DNA of 63,477 nucleotides, counting the filler, from Dugesia japonica (lineage: Eukaryota): assembly GCA_001938525.1 (NCBI GenBank). It is 6 parts of 6 records of this genome, joined end to end, with 100 filler letters (N's around TTAATTAATTAA, not from the genome) between each part and the next. Parts side by side here need not be neighbours in the genome. Positions count along the whole stretch, not along the records: positions 1 to 12,631 come from MQRL01496617.1; positions 12,732 to 24,902 come from MQRL01201313.1; 4 more parts are not named here. One strand, 5' to 3'. This document shows, in pieces, positions 1 to 13,342 of this stretch. The position numbers and the translations under genes are program-made. The notes under the pieces were generated by a model. That model had not been told where the DNA came from and made no database searches. It saw only the letters and a list, made by a program, of their open reading frames with translations. Position 1 is the first letter of the stretch, and each line of letters begins with the position of its first letter.

Positions 1-1329
1 CGTAATACGATGAAATTGTAAAGTACTGAAAAAAATTAAACGGTAATCCCCACTAAGATACTTCGGTTAAGACAAAATCTGATGTAATGTATCAATTTTT
101 TTGTAAAATTGTTCTTTTCTGCAAGTTGTTTACCTTTTTATTATGAGCAAACTCATTATAACTTAATCCTTTCAAAGCAAATTTACCATATAATTTTCAA
201 GTTTTTTAGTAAATTGCAATTTTCTGTGCTTAGCGGTTTTAAAATATGGTTTACAATCTTTTTTTACAGATACACTTTATTCTAACGATCACAGACAAAT
301 AAACAATAAAGCAATCAGCTATGAATTTCTTTTTCATATGTACATAAATATGATCAACATTTTATCTTTCAAACTTAACCCAATATATGCTTTTCGCGTC
401 CATAGCGTAATAGCTTAAAAATAGTGCCCTCTCCTTAAGACGAAATTTGCGTTATACTTAGTAATTGTAAAGTACCAAAAAAATTATACGATAGTTCCCA
501 CAAAGACACTTCAGTTAAGACGAAATTTTGTTTATTATGAACAAAGGGTAATACACTAAGGGTCACTTAACAATTTTTATAATGAATTATTTATGACTCT
601 TAAATATGAATAGCATAGGAAGATCGTGCGTATGCATAACTTTGTTTATAGTCTTTGTGCAATATAATTATTTGTAGGGCTGTAAAGAAAATCGGCTGGA
701 AAATACGTTAATTTTTTTTTATAAATTTGGTTTTGAACAATATTATTATATTTCGCTAAAAATATGTATTTATTTAGATTTTACTTTAAGATTTTTATTA
801 AATAAATATTCGCATTTCATTTAAATGAACAGGTTTTAAACCAAAGCTGTGTATGTACGCAAGGAAATCTATAGCATTTAACAGGTTACGAGTTATGAAA
901 ATGTGACTTTTTTACGAATGTGATATATTAGCGGTTCTTAAATTTTTTATGGATTTCTAGCGTTGCGGTCTTTCATGTATTTTATTCATGTCTCCAAAAT
1001 CCTTTAAATTTTAATTTAAAGTCAGAAATTGCTGGCTTTGTGCAGTAAAATTCTATGTTGATGGAATGGCCCTGTTATATAATATTATAATGTACATCAC
1101 TACGACTAGTCCACCAAACAGAAAGTATGAGCTTCTTTCGATGAATTTTCAGCTTAGAACTATGTTTCTTAGGTTAAATCATACGCTTCTTATTGTTGCT
1201 TCTTATTGGATACACATTTCATCACACTGTAAAAATGGTGCTAATTGTTACACTAAAGCAGAGAAACACGATTATTGAATTGCTTTTCATCTGATCTTTA
1301 TTAAAATTATATGAAATTCCATTCCTCAA

Positions 1330-1990
1330 TAAAAACATCATAAGCCGCTGCTTATTCGCACGTAAGTTGAGAAGTGTCAATTTTAAATCGAGTTTTCATT
1401 TCGTCGTTATTTACTTTGATCTCATATTTTTCGCGAGGCTCATTTTCGATATTGAAATCTCTATTCATATTCGAAAACAATGCGAATATTTGATTTTTTT
1501 ATTACATAATAATATTTAATTATATTATTTATAATTTCTTCTTCTGGAGAAAGGAATACCTCTTTTTTTTTATTCTCTTGGCATTTTTCTTCATCTTTTT
1601 ATTTGTGTTTGAATGTCAATAATCTAAATTTTGCAGATTATTTCCCCAGTTTTGATTGCATTTTCACAAGCGTCATCTCAAATTTCAGCTAGACTGCTCG
1701 CTAATAATTCTAAATCATAACAAGTGTCTTTTAAATTCATTTTTGGATCTGGGGTTCATCTTTGAACACGATCAAAATTGCGTTTTGAAAATGAATCAGA
1801 TTTAAGAAATTGAAATCAGAATGCTTTGCAACAATATTATTGTATCATTTCTAATATTTTCTTATATCATCCGTGTCTTATGACAATTTTTCTAATAATA
1901 AATTATATCTTTGAAATTACACGCAGAAAACTTCGTTATATACTGTATTGTGAGTGAATTCTCGGCCGTCTTTCTGCAACTGGTCTTGAC
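1330..1990 (-). pseudogene. Degraded hAT-type transposase remnant
   Basis: Fragmented minus-strand translation ...DRVQR*TPDPKMNLKDTCYDLELLASSLAEI*DDACENAIKTGEIICK... resembles the hAT region upstream of the dimerisation domain. Many stops and frameshifts; boundaries approximate. Confidence 0.35.
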
Positions 1991-2255
1991 CATTTTTATT
2001 AAATTTTTCAAATTTTTATATCTTTAATAAATTTTCAATAAAACCAAACAAACTGCCAAAATATACACCACTGGGATTTTAATATAATATCTGAAAATTT
2101 TAAATTCTCTAATTAAAATTCACAATTTTGGAGAATTTTTCGAAATAATATTAGGCGTCACAAAAACAAAAGAAAATATATACAAACAAACATAAAAAAC
2201 TGGGTTTTTATATAATAATGATGAATGCGTATTCCTTTCAAACATCGCCAACACC

Positions 2256-2669
2256 ATGCCAAACTTGTGGGATTCAATCGGTGAATACGGAACCGCTTTT
2301 GATCAGTGGTGGATGACACAGGATCGACTTCGACAAAAAGATGTTCAATTGATAACCATGAAAGAGAAAATCAACCAGCAGGAGGAAACTCTTCGACAAC
2401 AAGTAATAACATTGGAGCAGCTTCACCAAATGGTCGGACAACAAGAACAGGATTACAATCAACGGTTACTTGAGGTAACTAACAGGCAGCAGACGCGCGA
2501 AAAAGAATTGGTCTCTTTACTGATTCGGACAACAGAGCTAGCACAACAACATCAACATTTAATTCGAATAATGCAGACAACAAAAACCGAGGCCGTAGAG
2601 TTTACAAAGCTGATGAAAGGTTATCGACTAGAGTGGAAACGACTTTATCGCAAATTCTCGCACCGTTAG
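2256..2669 (+). CDS. 137-aa Q/E-rich coiled-coil protein, probably LTR-borne
   Basis: Intact ATG ORF with coiled-coil-like composition and AATAAA about 110 nt downstream. Lies inside copy G. Confidence 0.5.
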   Translation: MPNLWDSIGEYGTAFDQWWMTQDRLRQKDVQLITMKEKINQQEETLRQQVITLEQLHQMVGQQEQDYNQRLLEVTNRQQTREKELVSLLIRTTELAQQHQHLIRIMQTTKTEAVEFTKLMKGYRLEWKRLYRKFSHR

Positions 2670-2924
2670 ATGAAACTGACAATGTGTGAATAACCGAGGT
2701 TTAATCTATTCACAATATAGTTTTAGTTTGATCATTGTTTTGTCTTTGATTTTCATTCATGTGTGACAATAGCAATATAAATAAATGACGCGATTAGGGA
2801 GATTTAAGGATAAATTCAGTACCAAATTACATTGATATCGACTTCTAAATAATATTGTTAAATAATATGATGCATAATTTTNNATTTGCAAAAAATAGTT
2901 GAATTTATAAAATATTAATTACAG

Positions 2925-3252
2925 TGACTAATGCAAGGAAACTCACTGATACATCAATGATCGAAATCAGAGCAAAATGGTTCTCCATACAGAAGAAGTT
3001 AAAAGTGAAATCACGGATCTGCAACAAAGGAATGCACAAATCAGAAGTAAAGTCGATAAGATGAAGGAAAGGGAACTGGCGCTATCACAAACATGTCGAG
3101 CCATGGCAGATATTATTAAGACTTACGGGAATCGGGAAGGAGTACTGATTTCCCCAGTTCGTACACTTACCCAGGTGTCAACACCAACCAAGAAGATCCA
3201 AAAGAAAAAGAAATCATTAATATGGATGAGTAAACGCCGGTATCTAAAATAA
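2925..3252 (+). pseudogene. LTR exon c homologue (frameshifted)
   Basis: Acceptor TTACAG|TG (phase 1). ARKLTDTS...RELALSQTCRAMADIIKTYGNRE aligns with KKIRDTS...QERVWKSQVETFATIIKSYQERE of the other copies. Stop overlaps AATAAA. Confidence 0.55.
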
Positions 3253-3551
3253 AGTTTCTTTATAAATTGTTGGATTGAAAGATTTATTGTTAATAACAAC
3301 AAATAATATCGATAGATTGGGAGCCGGATTAAATAGAAATTGCATATCTAAGACGGGATACAGCATAGTCCCGCTAAATCCGGGGGAAAAGGAGGATCGT
3401 GTTACTAGAGAGAGTAATATAAATTTCTGTGGTTGCTGGGTATCATCCCCCAGACAGAAAAAATATATGAAAGAAGAAACAGTGGAGATTAAGAGTGATA
3501 ATGAAGATCAATATAAATCCAAACAACATCAAAAAGCCTAGTAACCCAACA

Positions 3552-4500
3552 ATTTCTTTAAATTTTATGAATAATATTGAGTATCACTCACAAACAAATA
3601 AACATAATAGATTTGGATTGATACAGCAATCAATGATATAAGATTGGTTGCCTCGTGATACGACAGCAACGTTTGACAACCATCGCCTGCAACAATAAGC
3701 TTCTTATCCTCAAATGCTCGACCGTTCTGCAATATCTCGTGAAGCAAGAGATCGATGCATCTAAAACCTTCCTTAGGCAACATCGTGATTTCATAGTAAT
3801 CATTGGAACGATTAGCGTGGCATCACGTAAAAATAAAGCATTTGGTGCTAAAGGCATCGACAAAAAAGAAGTGTCCAGAAGAAGAACGGGGAGTTTGAAA
3901 CTATTATGAACTATTCTGATGCCTTTCAATAGTGCCACTGCATTGCTGTCTTTTGCAAATGGAAGTGAAATTTGATCACAAAGCCGTACGAATTACAAAA
4001 GCATCGTATGCAAGAAAGTTTTCAGTGATCTACTTAGGCCATTGAGATAAAAACAGTAAACTGGTTGACGGTCAAACTTAAGAGCATATCAAATCGTGTG
4101 GAAAGCTTGATTTTGCCTGTCGCTTAGTTTATTGCTGTTAATTGTTGCAATGCATGCCTTTTATACAGTGTCGTAAGATGCATGCCAACTAGAGCATTTC
4201 TTTGAAAAGTGTGTGCACCAAAAATTTCGCAATTCCAGTTATGCTGTTTGACAGTACTTTTGATAGCGTGCAATGCATGATTTGAAGCCATCTCATCTGA
4301 AATTCATCGCGAAAAGTCGAGTGTAAAGTCATCTTTGAACTGGTCCCACAGATCAATTGAACTTGCAAGGTGACCGAAACAATAAAATAGGATTTAATGC
4401 AACTGTGCTTTAGTTGCAATGTTGGAAGCCCAAATGACTCTTATCCAACGTTAAGAGTGCTTGAGCGCAACATCTCCATGTTATTTGTGTTCTTCTTAAA
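3552..4500 (-). mobile_element. Helitron RepHel remnant (Pif1 helicase region)
   Basis: ALLKGIRIVHNSFKLPV and FRCIDLLLHEILQNGRAFEDKKLIVAGDGCQTL are degenerate Pif1 motifs. Upstream LWDQFKDDFTLDF...NHALHAI resembles the Rep-helicase linker. Confidence 0.8.
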
Positions 4501-5047
4501 ATGGGACAGAAGCAATATTGATAAAATAGGTTAAGAAAAAATTATCATATCTTTTAGACAAATATACAAATCATTGTTGACTATGACAATTTTCTTCTGT
4601 ACACAGATCAATTGGGATCTTTCAAATTTTTTTCTGTGGAGGAATTGTTATAGCTGAAATATTCAATTGCAGTCGGTTTTCTCACGTTTGACACCAACAA
4701 CGCCAATATAGCGATTTGTTTCTTGAAAGGATTGACAGGTATGTGCCAAATTTGTGATGATTGGTAGCTGTCCGTCCATGCTAGCTGATAGTTGGGTCAG
4801 CTGTTGAAAAGTTGTTGGTCTCGAAAGAGTTGAATGGTGTTTTTGTCCATGTCTAAATGTATCAGATTAATTCATTCGTTATTTGAATTTCCTATTTCGA
4901 ATATGACATGTTGCGAGGGAATCTAATGAAAACCCAACAGTAATACTAATCGCGACAGTTTTTATGAAACAATTTTATGGCGTTAGCAGTTCAGGACAAA
5001 AATCTTATGGTGAAGTAGATCATAATAATTAAACAGCAGCACTATAA

Positions 5048-8000
5048 TTAGATTTGAAGACGATCTTGACTCTTTAACACATAACGTCTTTCATAGATCA
5101 GTTTCACCCCCTCATACGGTCCTTCGTACCGGCCTTGTCCTTTGTCTCGTGTCTCATTTTTTACTAACACATCATACCCTAACTGAAATTGCCTCTTCGT
5201 TTTTATCTCTATTCTTTTCTTTGTTACCTGATCTGTAGTTGTTCTCCCTTTGCTCCACTCCCCTTCTTGACTAATCTGTCGACCAAACACCCTTTCCGCT
5301 GGACTCTTCTGCGTCGTCTTTTGTTTAGTTGGATTCATCGCAAATTCGATTTCCGGGACCAATGTTGTCCAATTGGTTGTTCCCATCTCTCGCATTGTAG
5401 CATTCATAAAATCTCTTACTGTACGGAAATGTCTTTCAATTTTTCCATTACTTTTGTGATGGTATGGGCTCACCATTTGCAAGACGATATTAAACTTTTT
5501 GACCAGCAGATGACCTCTGTCGTATCCGTCGTGTCAACTTTTATCTTTTGGCACCACATACATGTCCGTATTAACTTCCTCGTTTGTTCTCTCAATTGGT
5601 ATCCGCATATGTAGTGTAGTCTTCTGCTTTTTCTGCCCCCGCATGTCATTGAAATTTGTGAATCTCCCATAATTTTTTATCCATCTCATTTAGGTTTAGC
5701 CAAGTTTTTATTTTTCCATCTGTATCTTTTTCAATCTCTTTCTCCCCCACTGTGATATGTGCTACATTACATTTTAATAATTTAGTTTTGGGTTTCTCTG
5801 ATTTCGGATCTGTATGCTCCATCTGATAATGAGTGCATCTATCACACTGAAATCTGCTTAATGTGTCTGTGTTCCCATGCCTTATACCTTTTCTGTATTC
5901 TAACTGGATGTCTAGACTGCTTAAGAAGTCAATACACGTTTGAAATTGTCCTGTTATTGGTTTTTATTGTATTCAACATGAATGTGATAGCCTTATGGTC
6001 TGTTATTTGCGTAAATCGTTTCCAATATAAATGATGCTTGAAATTTAAGCAAAAATTATAAACCGCTAGTAGCTCCTTTCTCATTGTACAGTATCCTTGT
6101 TAATGTCTAGACATTGCATGTGATCCCTAAAAAATTAGCTTTTTCCCCGCGCGCTCATCTTCCTGTGATAATACTGCGCAGATTGTATTGAAACTCGCAT
6201 CCGTATTCAGGATGAATTCTCTCCTCATATCTAAAGGCACCAACACTAGTTCTGTGTCAGTGCTATTTTCAACCCTATGAACGTTTCTTATAGTTCTGTG
6301 GACAACACCAACTTCGTATTTCCTGGACCATTACATAGCTTCTCTAATTTCCTCACCTTTATCGCATAATCTTTTATGTTTTTCCTGTAATAGTTACAGA
6401 TGCCCAAGAAGCTGGTAACTTCCTAACGCACTTCTGTTCCCAAAATGACTTAATGGCCTCAATATTAATTGGGTCAGTTTGTATTCCCATCTCCCCAATT
6501 ATGTGACCCAAATATTTTATCTCTCTTTTCAAAAAATTACATTTTTCCAGATTAATTTTCAAATTCGTTTCTAAGATCATATCCAGGATGTTTCCTATTG
6601 TCCCGTAATGTTCCACTTTAGTTTCCGAAAAGATCAATATATCGTCCAGATAAACCATCGTTTCTATTACTCCTTTCGTCACTTTTTCCATCATTTCCTG
6701 GAATGTCCCTGGTGCTGCTGCTATACCGAATGGTATTCTTATAAAACAGTATTGCTATTGATTTGAAGAAAATGCCATTTTCTCCTGTTAATCTTCTTCT
6801 AATTTCACTTTATAATATGCATTCCTCAGATCAATTGCGCTAAAATATGTTGCTTTGCTTAAGGCATCCAGCATTACTCCAATATTTGGCATTGAGAAGG
6901 CTTGTCTTTCTGTGACTGAATTTAGCTTTCTGAAATCTAAACATAGCCTGAAATCTTTTTTTCTCTTTTTTCCACATGCATACCAAAGGAGTGTTCCACG
7001 ATGAGTTATATTTCTTTTTTATCCCATTCTCGAATAATTTTTTTGTGGCCTCATTTATTTTTTCTTCTAGATTCATTAGTTGTCTGTATGGCTTCACGTT
7101 TATATGTCCTGCTGTCGTATTTATTTTGTGTTTAATGAGATGTGTCTTACCTACGTCCCATTTATTCGCATGGAATGCTTCTCATCTATTTCTACAAACT
7201 TTCCTTAACCGCACATCCTACCCACAATCGATGACGCTCTTCGCTTTTTGCCAGCGTTCTCCTTCCCCAACTTGTCTTCCAAAGTTTGCTTTTAAGTTAC
7301 AAATGTAGGTATTTTTCTTAGTCATTTCTCCCTTATCGATTAGTCTAAACCCAAACATATTTAAAAACTCCATACCAAAAATAATCTCTGCTATTACCTC
7401 TTTAAATATTATAAAAGTTACTTGTTTTGTCCTTTCTCCTAATTTTACTTCCAAGATTACTTTGCCCTTCGTTTCCAGCATGCTATTATTCGCGCAACGC
7501 AATTTTAACTAACTCTTTTCCATCCGTTTCTTGCCTAATCTTCGCTCAAAATATTCATTCCTGCTCCAGCATTCAACAAACAATGCATCATTTCCCCCAC
7601 AACCTGTATACCAACACTCGGTCTACCTTGGAATCTGTGATATTTAACTGTCACCTCTCGAACACGCCCGATCGGTTCCGCTCTAATTTTTCCTACAAAA
7701 TGTCTCTTTGCGCAAGAACTTAAAAAAAATTCGCCCCTATCCTCACCGCGTCTTCCCATCTCTCTACGCCCCGAGGATATTCCGCCACCGGACCTTTTAG
7801 TAAATGTCTCTGACCGGCTTCCTTACTGTCGAAGCCCTCTCTTTTGGGTAATCTATCTTGTGTTCCATAATTTCTAAAATTTCCTCTTTCTCATGACTAT
7901 TCTCCTCAACTAATGCATTCCCATTTCTATATTTGTTATCTCGTTTCTTTTTTTGGGAGTCCCTTCTTGTACCCTCTGATCGTACGTGCTTCTCTTCATT

Positions 8001-8816
8001 TCCCTGTTGTATGATTCATTGTTTCCGTATCTACCTCTTAGTCGTTGAAAGTCTTGACTGATGTGACCCTTTGTTCCTCATCTAAAACATTGAATTCTCT
8101 GTTTCTCCAGGCATTCTCTGCTGACATGTCCCTCTGTTACACACGTCCAGCATTTCATTCTTTGTCCTAATCAACAGTCTCGTTTCCTGTGACCTTCCTT
8201 TTTGCATTCCCAACATACTATTTCTCGGTTTCTTATCATCCAAATTCCTTGTCCTCCTTCTCACTGATTCCGATTTCCTCCATATCTGCCGTCATTCTGC
8301 ATCGTCTCTCGTTTCTCTACTCTATGTAATAATATTAATGTCTTCTACCTTTTCGATTTTGGGTAGCAGTACCTCTACTTCTGCTTTTCTATTTCCTGCA
8401 CCTTTGACCAAAGGTTTTGCTAATAATTTTTTTGTGAATAACTTTTCTACTAACTCTTCCATTTTCTTTATATACACCATATCCTCCGCCTACCTTTGGT
8501 AATCCAGCACTTCTCGTAAATCTTTCACTACGTCCCTCTCTTTACTAAATCCTTTCCGCAATCGACATTGAAACCCTTCTGTTTCCACGAATGTCTCGAC
8601 ATATTTCCCCAATAATCCTTCATCTATCATACAAGTGACTAGTCTTTCCTGTTCTCTTTTGTTTACTATTCCTTTCACTTCAAAATATAATTCACATTTT
8701 CGTATAAATTTTTCTACATCGTCCTGTCTTTTGAATATTTTCGGCATCAGTTGGTCTGTTATAGCGTCTGTGTTGACCGCCGCCATCATGTTAGGAGATA
8801 ATGAATTTTCTAACAT
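5048..8816 (-). mobile_element. Ty3/Gypsy retrotransposon internal region (gag-PR-RT-RH-IN), decayed
   Basis: Gag MPKIF...EKFIRKCELYF; three CCHC knuckles (about 8040-8220, third degenerate); protease LLNAGAGMN; RT WNTPLVC, IPFGIA, YLDDILIFS, YLGHII; RNase H DASFN and KELLA; integrase HHKSNGKIER...GRYEGPY. Gypsy domain order. Confidence 0.95.
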
Positions 8817-9289
8817 AAAGAATGGATTAATAATAACAATAATACTTAATATTAGGATTAATAACGTACTAGTTGATTTATTAATATTTAATGTAATATT
8901 TATATTTAATGTTTAAATAATAGCTAACTATTAGTTAGTCAGAGTAATTATTACGAATGATTTAAGAATGATTTATGTAGATAAAATTTATTAACAAAAA
9001 TTATTAAACAGTTACAATTATATATAATAATATGATTAATGTAAAATAATAACAATAATACTCAGAGACCAAATATATCAGTATATCACAAATATTGCTT
9101 TCTAAGTTAGTATTTCTAATTATCCACAACCACAACTGATAATACAAGAATAATAATCACTCCTAAATTATTGTTGAATTTTAATACTTATTTTTAAAAT
9201 TACTACCCCGACGGTAATTTATTATTAATCTTTAACCGATTATTAAAACAATTGATATTAATACCACTATTATTATTAATCCCTTTTCA

Positions 9290-9327
9290 CAATAATAATG
9301 ATAATAATAATAATAATGATAATAATC

Positions 9328-9360
<33 letters not shown>

Positions 9361-9400
9361 TTAATAATGGTGATAATAATAAATAAGTATAATAATAGTA
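9290..9400. repeat. (AAT)n microsatellite within a ~1.7 kb triplet-rich AT leader upstream of gag
   Basis: Direct AAT/GAT/CAT triplet repeats. The surrounding 8820-9630 is rich in AAT/AGT triplets. Confidence 0.9.
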
Positions 9401-10649
9401 AAAATACTATTTATTCATAGTGACAATAGTCAATAGTAATGTTAGTAGTAGTCCTAATATCATTTGAAGTAACAAGGATAACATATTAGTAATGACAACA
9501 ATAATCACGTAACGCTAATTAATACGATACTGTTTAACAGCAGTAATAATAGAAACAGGAATAACATTAGTAAAGAATATGTTAGCGATAAGGATAGTAA
9601 TGATGATAATGTCACTAATGCATGGTGTAAGGTAATTTTGAAAATTATAAATATTTTTAAAATTTTATTCAATAATGTTTTTATTAAATCAATATTTAAT
9701 AGTTAAAATTTTTTAATGTAAATTGGAAAATCAATATTTATTAGTTGTAAAATATATTTTTGATAAATATAATAAATTTGTTTAAATTTATTATTATTTA
9801 AAAACATAAATTGGGAAAGGCAAGTTTTGAAAGAAGNNTTCAAAAAGAAAGAAGAATTTCAAAGAAGAATTAATTGTAATTGAAATAAAGTATTGAATTA
9901 AAAATCTTGTTTTAGTTTATTTAAATGAAGAAGAAAACTAATAAAACTAACACATGGTAATAACAATAACATTCGTTAAAAGGTGCAATAATAATTAATC
10001 AATTAATAATCACAACTCTGGTAATAATACTAGATGTACTCATCATAATAATAGTAAGTTGATAATATTCAATAAAATAATTTTAAGTTGATCAGAATTT
10101 ACCAAGATTGACTTCGAGACCAAGACTTTTCAAAATAATGAGCAAATAGTCGGCAAGATTGTCCATACCAAGAAAATTCCAGACCAAAATTAAAATGATT
10201 CGACCTCTGAATAAATAATTTACCAAGATTCCCAATACAAAGAAAATTCCAGATCAAATTTCTATAAAACAGAGAAAATTCCAAACCAAAATTAACCAGA
10301 TTTGACCTTACTGAGTAAATCATCAACTAAAAAGATTGAACTCACTAAACCGGCTTCATCAAATTCCAAACATTTGATAAACTTAATAATTTAAAATTCA
10401 ATCTCAAAAACTAATACCACGTTTAAAAATTAAAAAAAAATTTAACCCCACTTCAAAAAATTTTACAATTAACCATTTTTAAACATTTAAAATTAAAAAA
10501 ACAAATTTACAAAATTTTAGATTTAGCCTAAAAAACTAACCCTACTTTTAAAAATTTTCCCACCGAGCGGAGAGAAAGATGTAGTTAGGTTATCCGTTGC
10601 TATCTATTTACTAGATACCGCACGGCGTTTAGTACAAAAGAGAGTCCAT

Positions 10650-12455
10650 TTAGGTTCAATCGAATCCCATTCGGATTAGCAACGCACCGACAAGATTTCA
10701 AAAGTTGATGCTGGTAGGGTTAATTTGTAAAGGTGTCATAGTGTATCTAAATGATATATTGGTGTATGGAAGGACGGTCGAAGATCATAATAAAACTTGG
10801 AAAGAAGTTTTTAAAATAATTAGAAAATCAGGATTGAAGATAAATCCAGAACAATGTATAATTAAGTGGTCTTTCAAAAAAAAATAATAATAATTCAAAT
10901 GGTCTTTCTCGGACATACGATAAGTGCAGAAGGAATAAAAACAAATGAAATTAAGATTAAGGCAATAAAACTGCTGGATAATCAAAATACTCATTTATAC
11001 TCAAGTCTTTTCTTAGCTTCACGAGTTATTACATGCGTTTTATTAAAGATTACGCGAGATTTGCAATATACTTGCATAAAACTATCTTAGGATGTGACTA
11101 ACCTTAATGTGGACAGATGTCTGCAGAATAAATTTTGAAAACCTAAAAGATTAGTTATGTAATTCACAAATTCTTGATTACGCAAGAAAAAATACAATGT
11201 ATATCTTAGATAATGATGCAAGTTTCTAAGCCATCAGTGCATTGTTGAGCCAGAGAACGGAATTTGACGAAATGGTGATGATTACATTTAGATCCAGGCA
11301 CTTCATTGCTCATAAAAATGGCTTCTGCGTAACAAAAAAAGAATTGCTGGCAAATCATAAATATGTGGTACATTTCAAGCAGTATCTATATAAAAGAGAT
11401 ACTTAACAAGTACAGACTACAAAGCACTGATATTTATGAATAGCACAAAAACCGATCAACCCACAATTTTAAACGTTGATGACAATTCTAGGAGCATATG
11501 ACTTTGAGTTATAATATTGAAAAGCGAGAGAATACAACAATGCTGATGAGAGTTTATGCTCACAATGCTAAACAGTAGATTTGGAGTCCAAGAAAGAAAA
11601 TCAATAGTAAAATATAAAAGCATCATAAAAAAATTCAAAGTGCACAGAAACATGATCCAATAATACAACGAAGAATTGAAATAATGTAAAACGAAGTACA
11701 GATAGCAAAAAAGATCATTCAAGGCAATTATATAGATAAACTTGAAAGCAAGTTAAAATTTGAAGATGGATTATTGGTCGGAGAAAGAGAAAATAAGAAT
11801 TTTATAATAGCATCAACGAGTATAATCAATAACAAATCTCAGACATATTTATAAATAATTATGTCATTTAGGAATAAAGTAAATATTTTCATATTTAGAG
11901 AATAATTATTACTGGCCTACAATGATGAAGACTATTAAATATATTTTGAATACATGTGTGATTTGTGCAAAAAGAAAAATTGATCAAGGAAAAACGAAAG
12001 AACTGATGTTACCGAGAAAATGTCAAGATTTTTTAGAACCAATTTTGATAGATATTGCACATATGAAAACAGTGGCATCAGGAAAAAATTATGGTTGTGA
12101 TTATCGATCGGTTTAGTAAACTAGTAAGTATATCAGCGGTATCAAAGGTAGATGAAGAAACAATTTTCGTAATAATTTTGAACAAAGGTATATATCGTTT
12201 CGGCAAATCAAAGAGCGTATTAGTCAACAGAGAAAGAGTGTTTGAAAATAAATTTATGTCAGCAAAGTTAGGGAAGTTTAATATTAAACAAGAGTTCAGC
12301 TCTCCGTATCAACAATTTAATGGGCTAGCAAAAAGAATAATTCGGACCATAAAAGATGAACACAATATCACTTAAAGAAAAGCGCTGCGAGTAAAACTAG
12401 AATGTATTAGTTCCAAAACTTGAAATCAGTATAAACGGTAATGTATAAGAGTCGA
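10650..12455 (+). mobile_element. Ty3/Gypsy pol fragment (RT-RH-IN), decayed
   Basis: IPFGL; IVYLNDILVYG; FLGHTISAEGIK; DNDASF*AI; KKELLA; integrase zinc finger HLGI..YYWPTM..CVIC; VVIIDRFSKLV. Confidence 0.9.
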
Positions 12456-12459
12456 CAAA

Positions 12460-12631
12460 AGTAGATAGATAGTAGCAGGGATAGCCACCTGTGTGCGAAC
12501 CCCCACCCCGCCGTGACGTAACGAAACGAAACATAATCCTAATGTATTTAGTCGACAATTTGAAATTGCACACTTATTAAGTAATATTACATAAGTGGCT
12601 ATCAATTTTTCCTGTGTATTTAGTTGGGAAA
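12460..12631 (+). mobile_element. Polinton/Maverick-type terminus
   Basis: Starts AGTAGATAGATAGTAGC, then a C-run and the ATTACATAAGTGG motif shared with the 24784 terminus (similar motif at 33370). Runs into a gap. Confidence 0.65.
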
Positions 12632-13089
12632 NNNNNNNNNNNNNNNNNNNNNNNNNNNNNNNNNNNNNNNNNNNNTTAATTAATTAANNNNNNNNNNNNN
12701 NNNNNNNNNNNNNNNNNNNNNNNNNNNNNNNTTATAATTACTTTTCTTTTTTTTCAGCGTCTTTTACCAATCTTTGCATCCTTTATTATTTTACCATTTT
12801 TGGTGTTCTAGCCCAACATATTATTAGTAATATTGTCTGAGAAGCATTTAATATTAATATTTCTCAAAGCGATTAATATTGATGTTCATATTGGTCGTAG
12901 GAAAATTCACTTAAAAATTTGAAAATTTAAACAAAATAAGTGTTATTATCGATTTTCTTTGAAAAAATGCATAAAAATCAATAATTTCCTAATTTTAAAA
13001 TAAATCTGAAAAATCAGTAAATTTAAACAAATCATAAAAATCAATTAATTTAAAGAAAAAAAATTAAACATTAAAACAAAAAATATTAT

Positions 13090-13342
13090 GTCCGCGCGGG
13101 AAATTCAAATATGAAGTCTGCCAGGATGATAGTTGTCATGGAAATAACCTTGACCTACATTTACTCGACCTTGAAATATTACACCAATCAGAACTGAGTT
13201 AACTAAATCAATCTGACCTTAAAAATTTGACATTGAATTATTTTAGCAAATAAGAATGATCTATACTAGAACACTGACCTTGAAAAAATTTGAACTTGAC
13301 GGGGAGGGGAGGTTTGTTTCAGTGCGCCACTATCTATCTACT
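13090..13342 (-). mobile_element. Polinton/Maverick-type terminus
   Basis: Reverse complement begins AGTAGATAGATAGTGGCG. Repeated (T)GACCTT motifs at 13150-13285. Confidence 0.6.

Larger units (their letters stand above)
2200..3551 (+). mobile_element. Divergent coding-LTR 3' portion (copy G)
   Basis: Ends in ...AACCCAACA (3551) directly against a Helitron fragment. Contains an exon homologous to exon c of the other copies and a GC-richer structured terminal region (3340-3551). Left boundary unknown. Confidence 0.55.

Noticed and set aside
14-525. ~65-nt imperfect direct repeat (14-78 and 463-525)
   Set aside because: Only two units with no spacer pattern; likely a subterminal repeat of an unidentified DNA element, not a CRISPR array.
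3275-3541. 88-aa ORF
   Set aside because: Non-ATG start overlapping the structured LTR terminus; no recognisable homology.
3655-3909. Plus-strand 84-aa ORF
   Set aside because: Antisense shadow of the Helitron helicase remnant.
7720-7732. U-UUU-UUA slippery site between gag and protease
   Set aside because: Frames are too decayed to establish a programmed frameshift, and no clear downstream structure is visible.
12632-12731. TTAATTAATTAA embedded in N-runs (also near 24950, 33210, 42835 and 51995)
   Set aside because: Artificial six-frame-stop contig linker from assembly, not biology.
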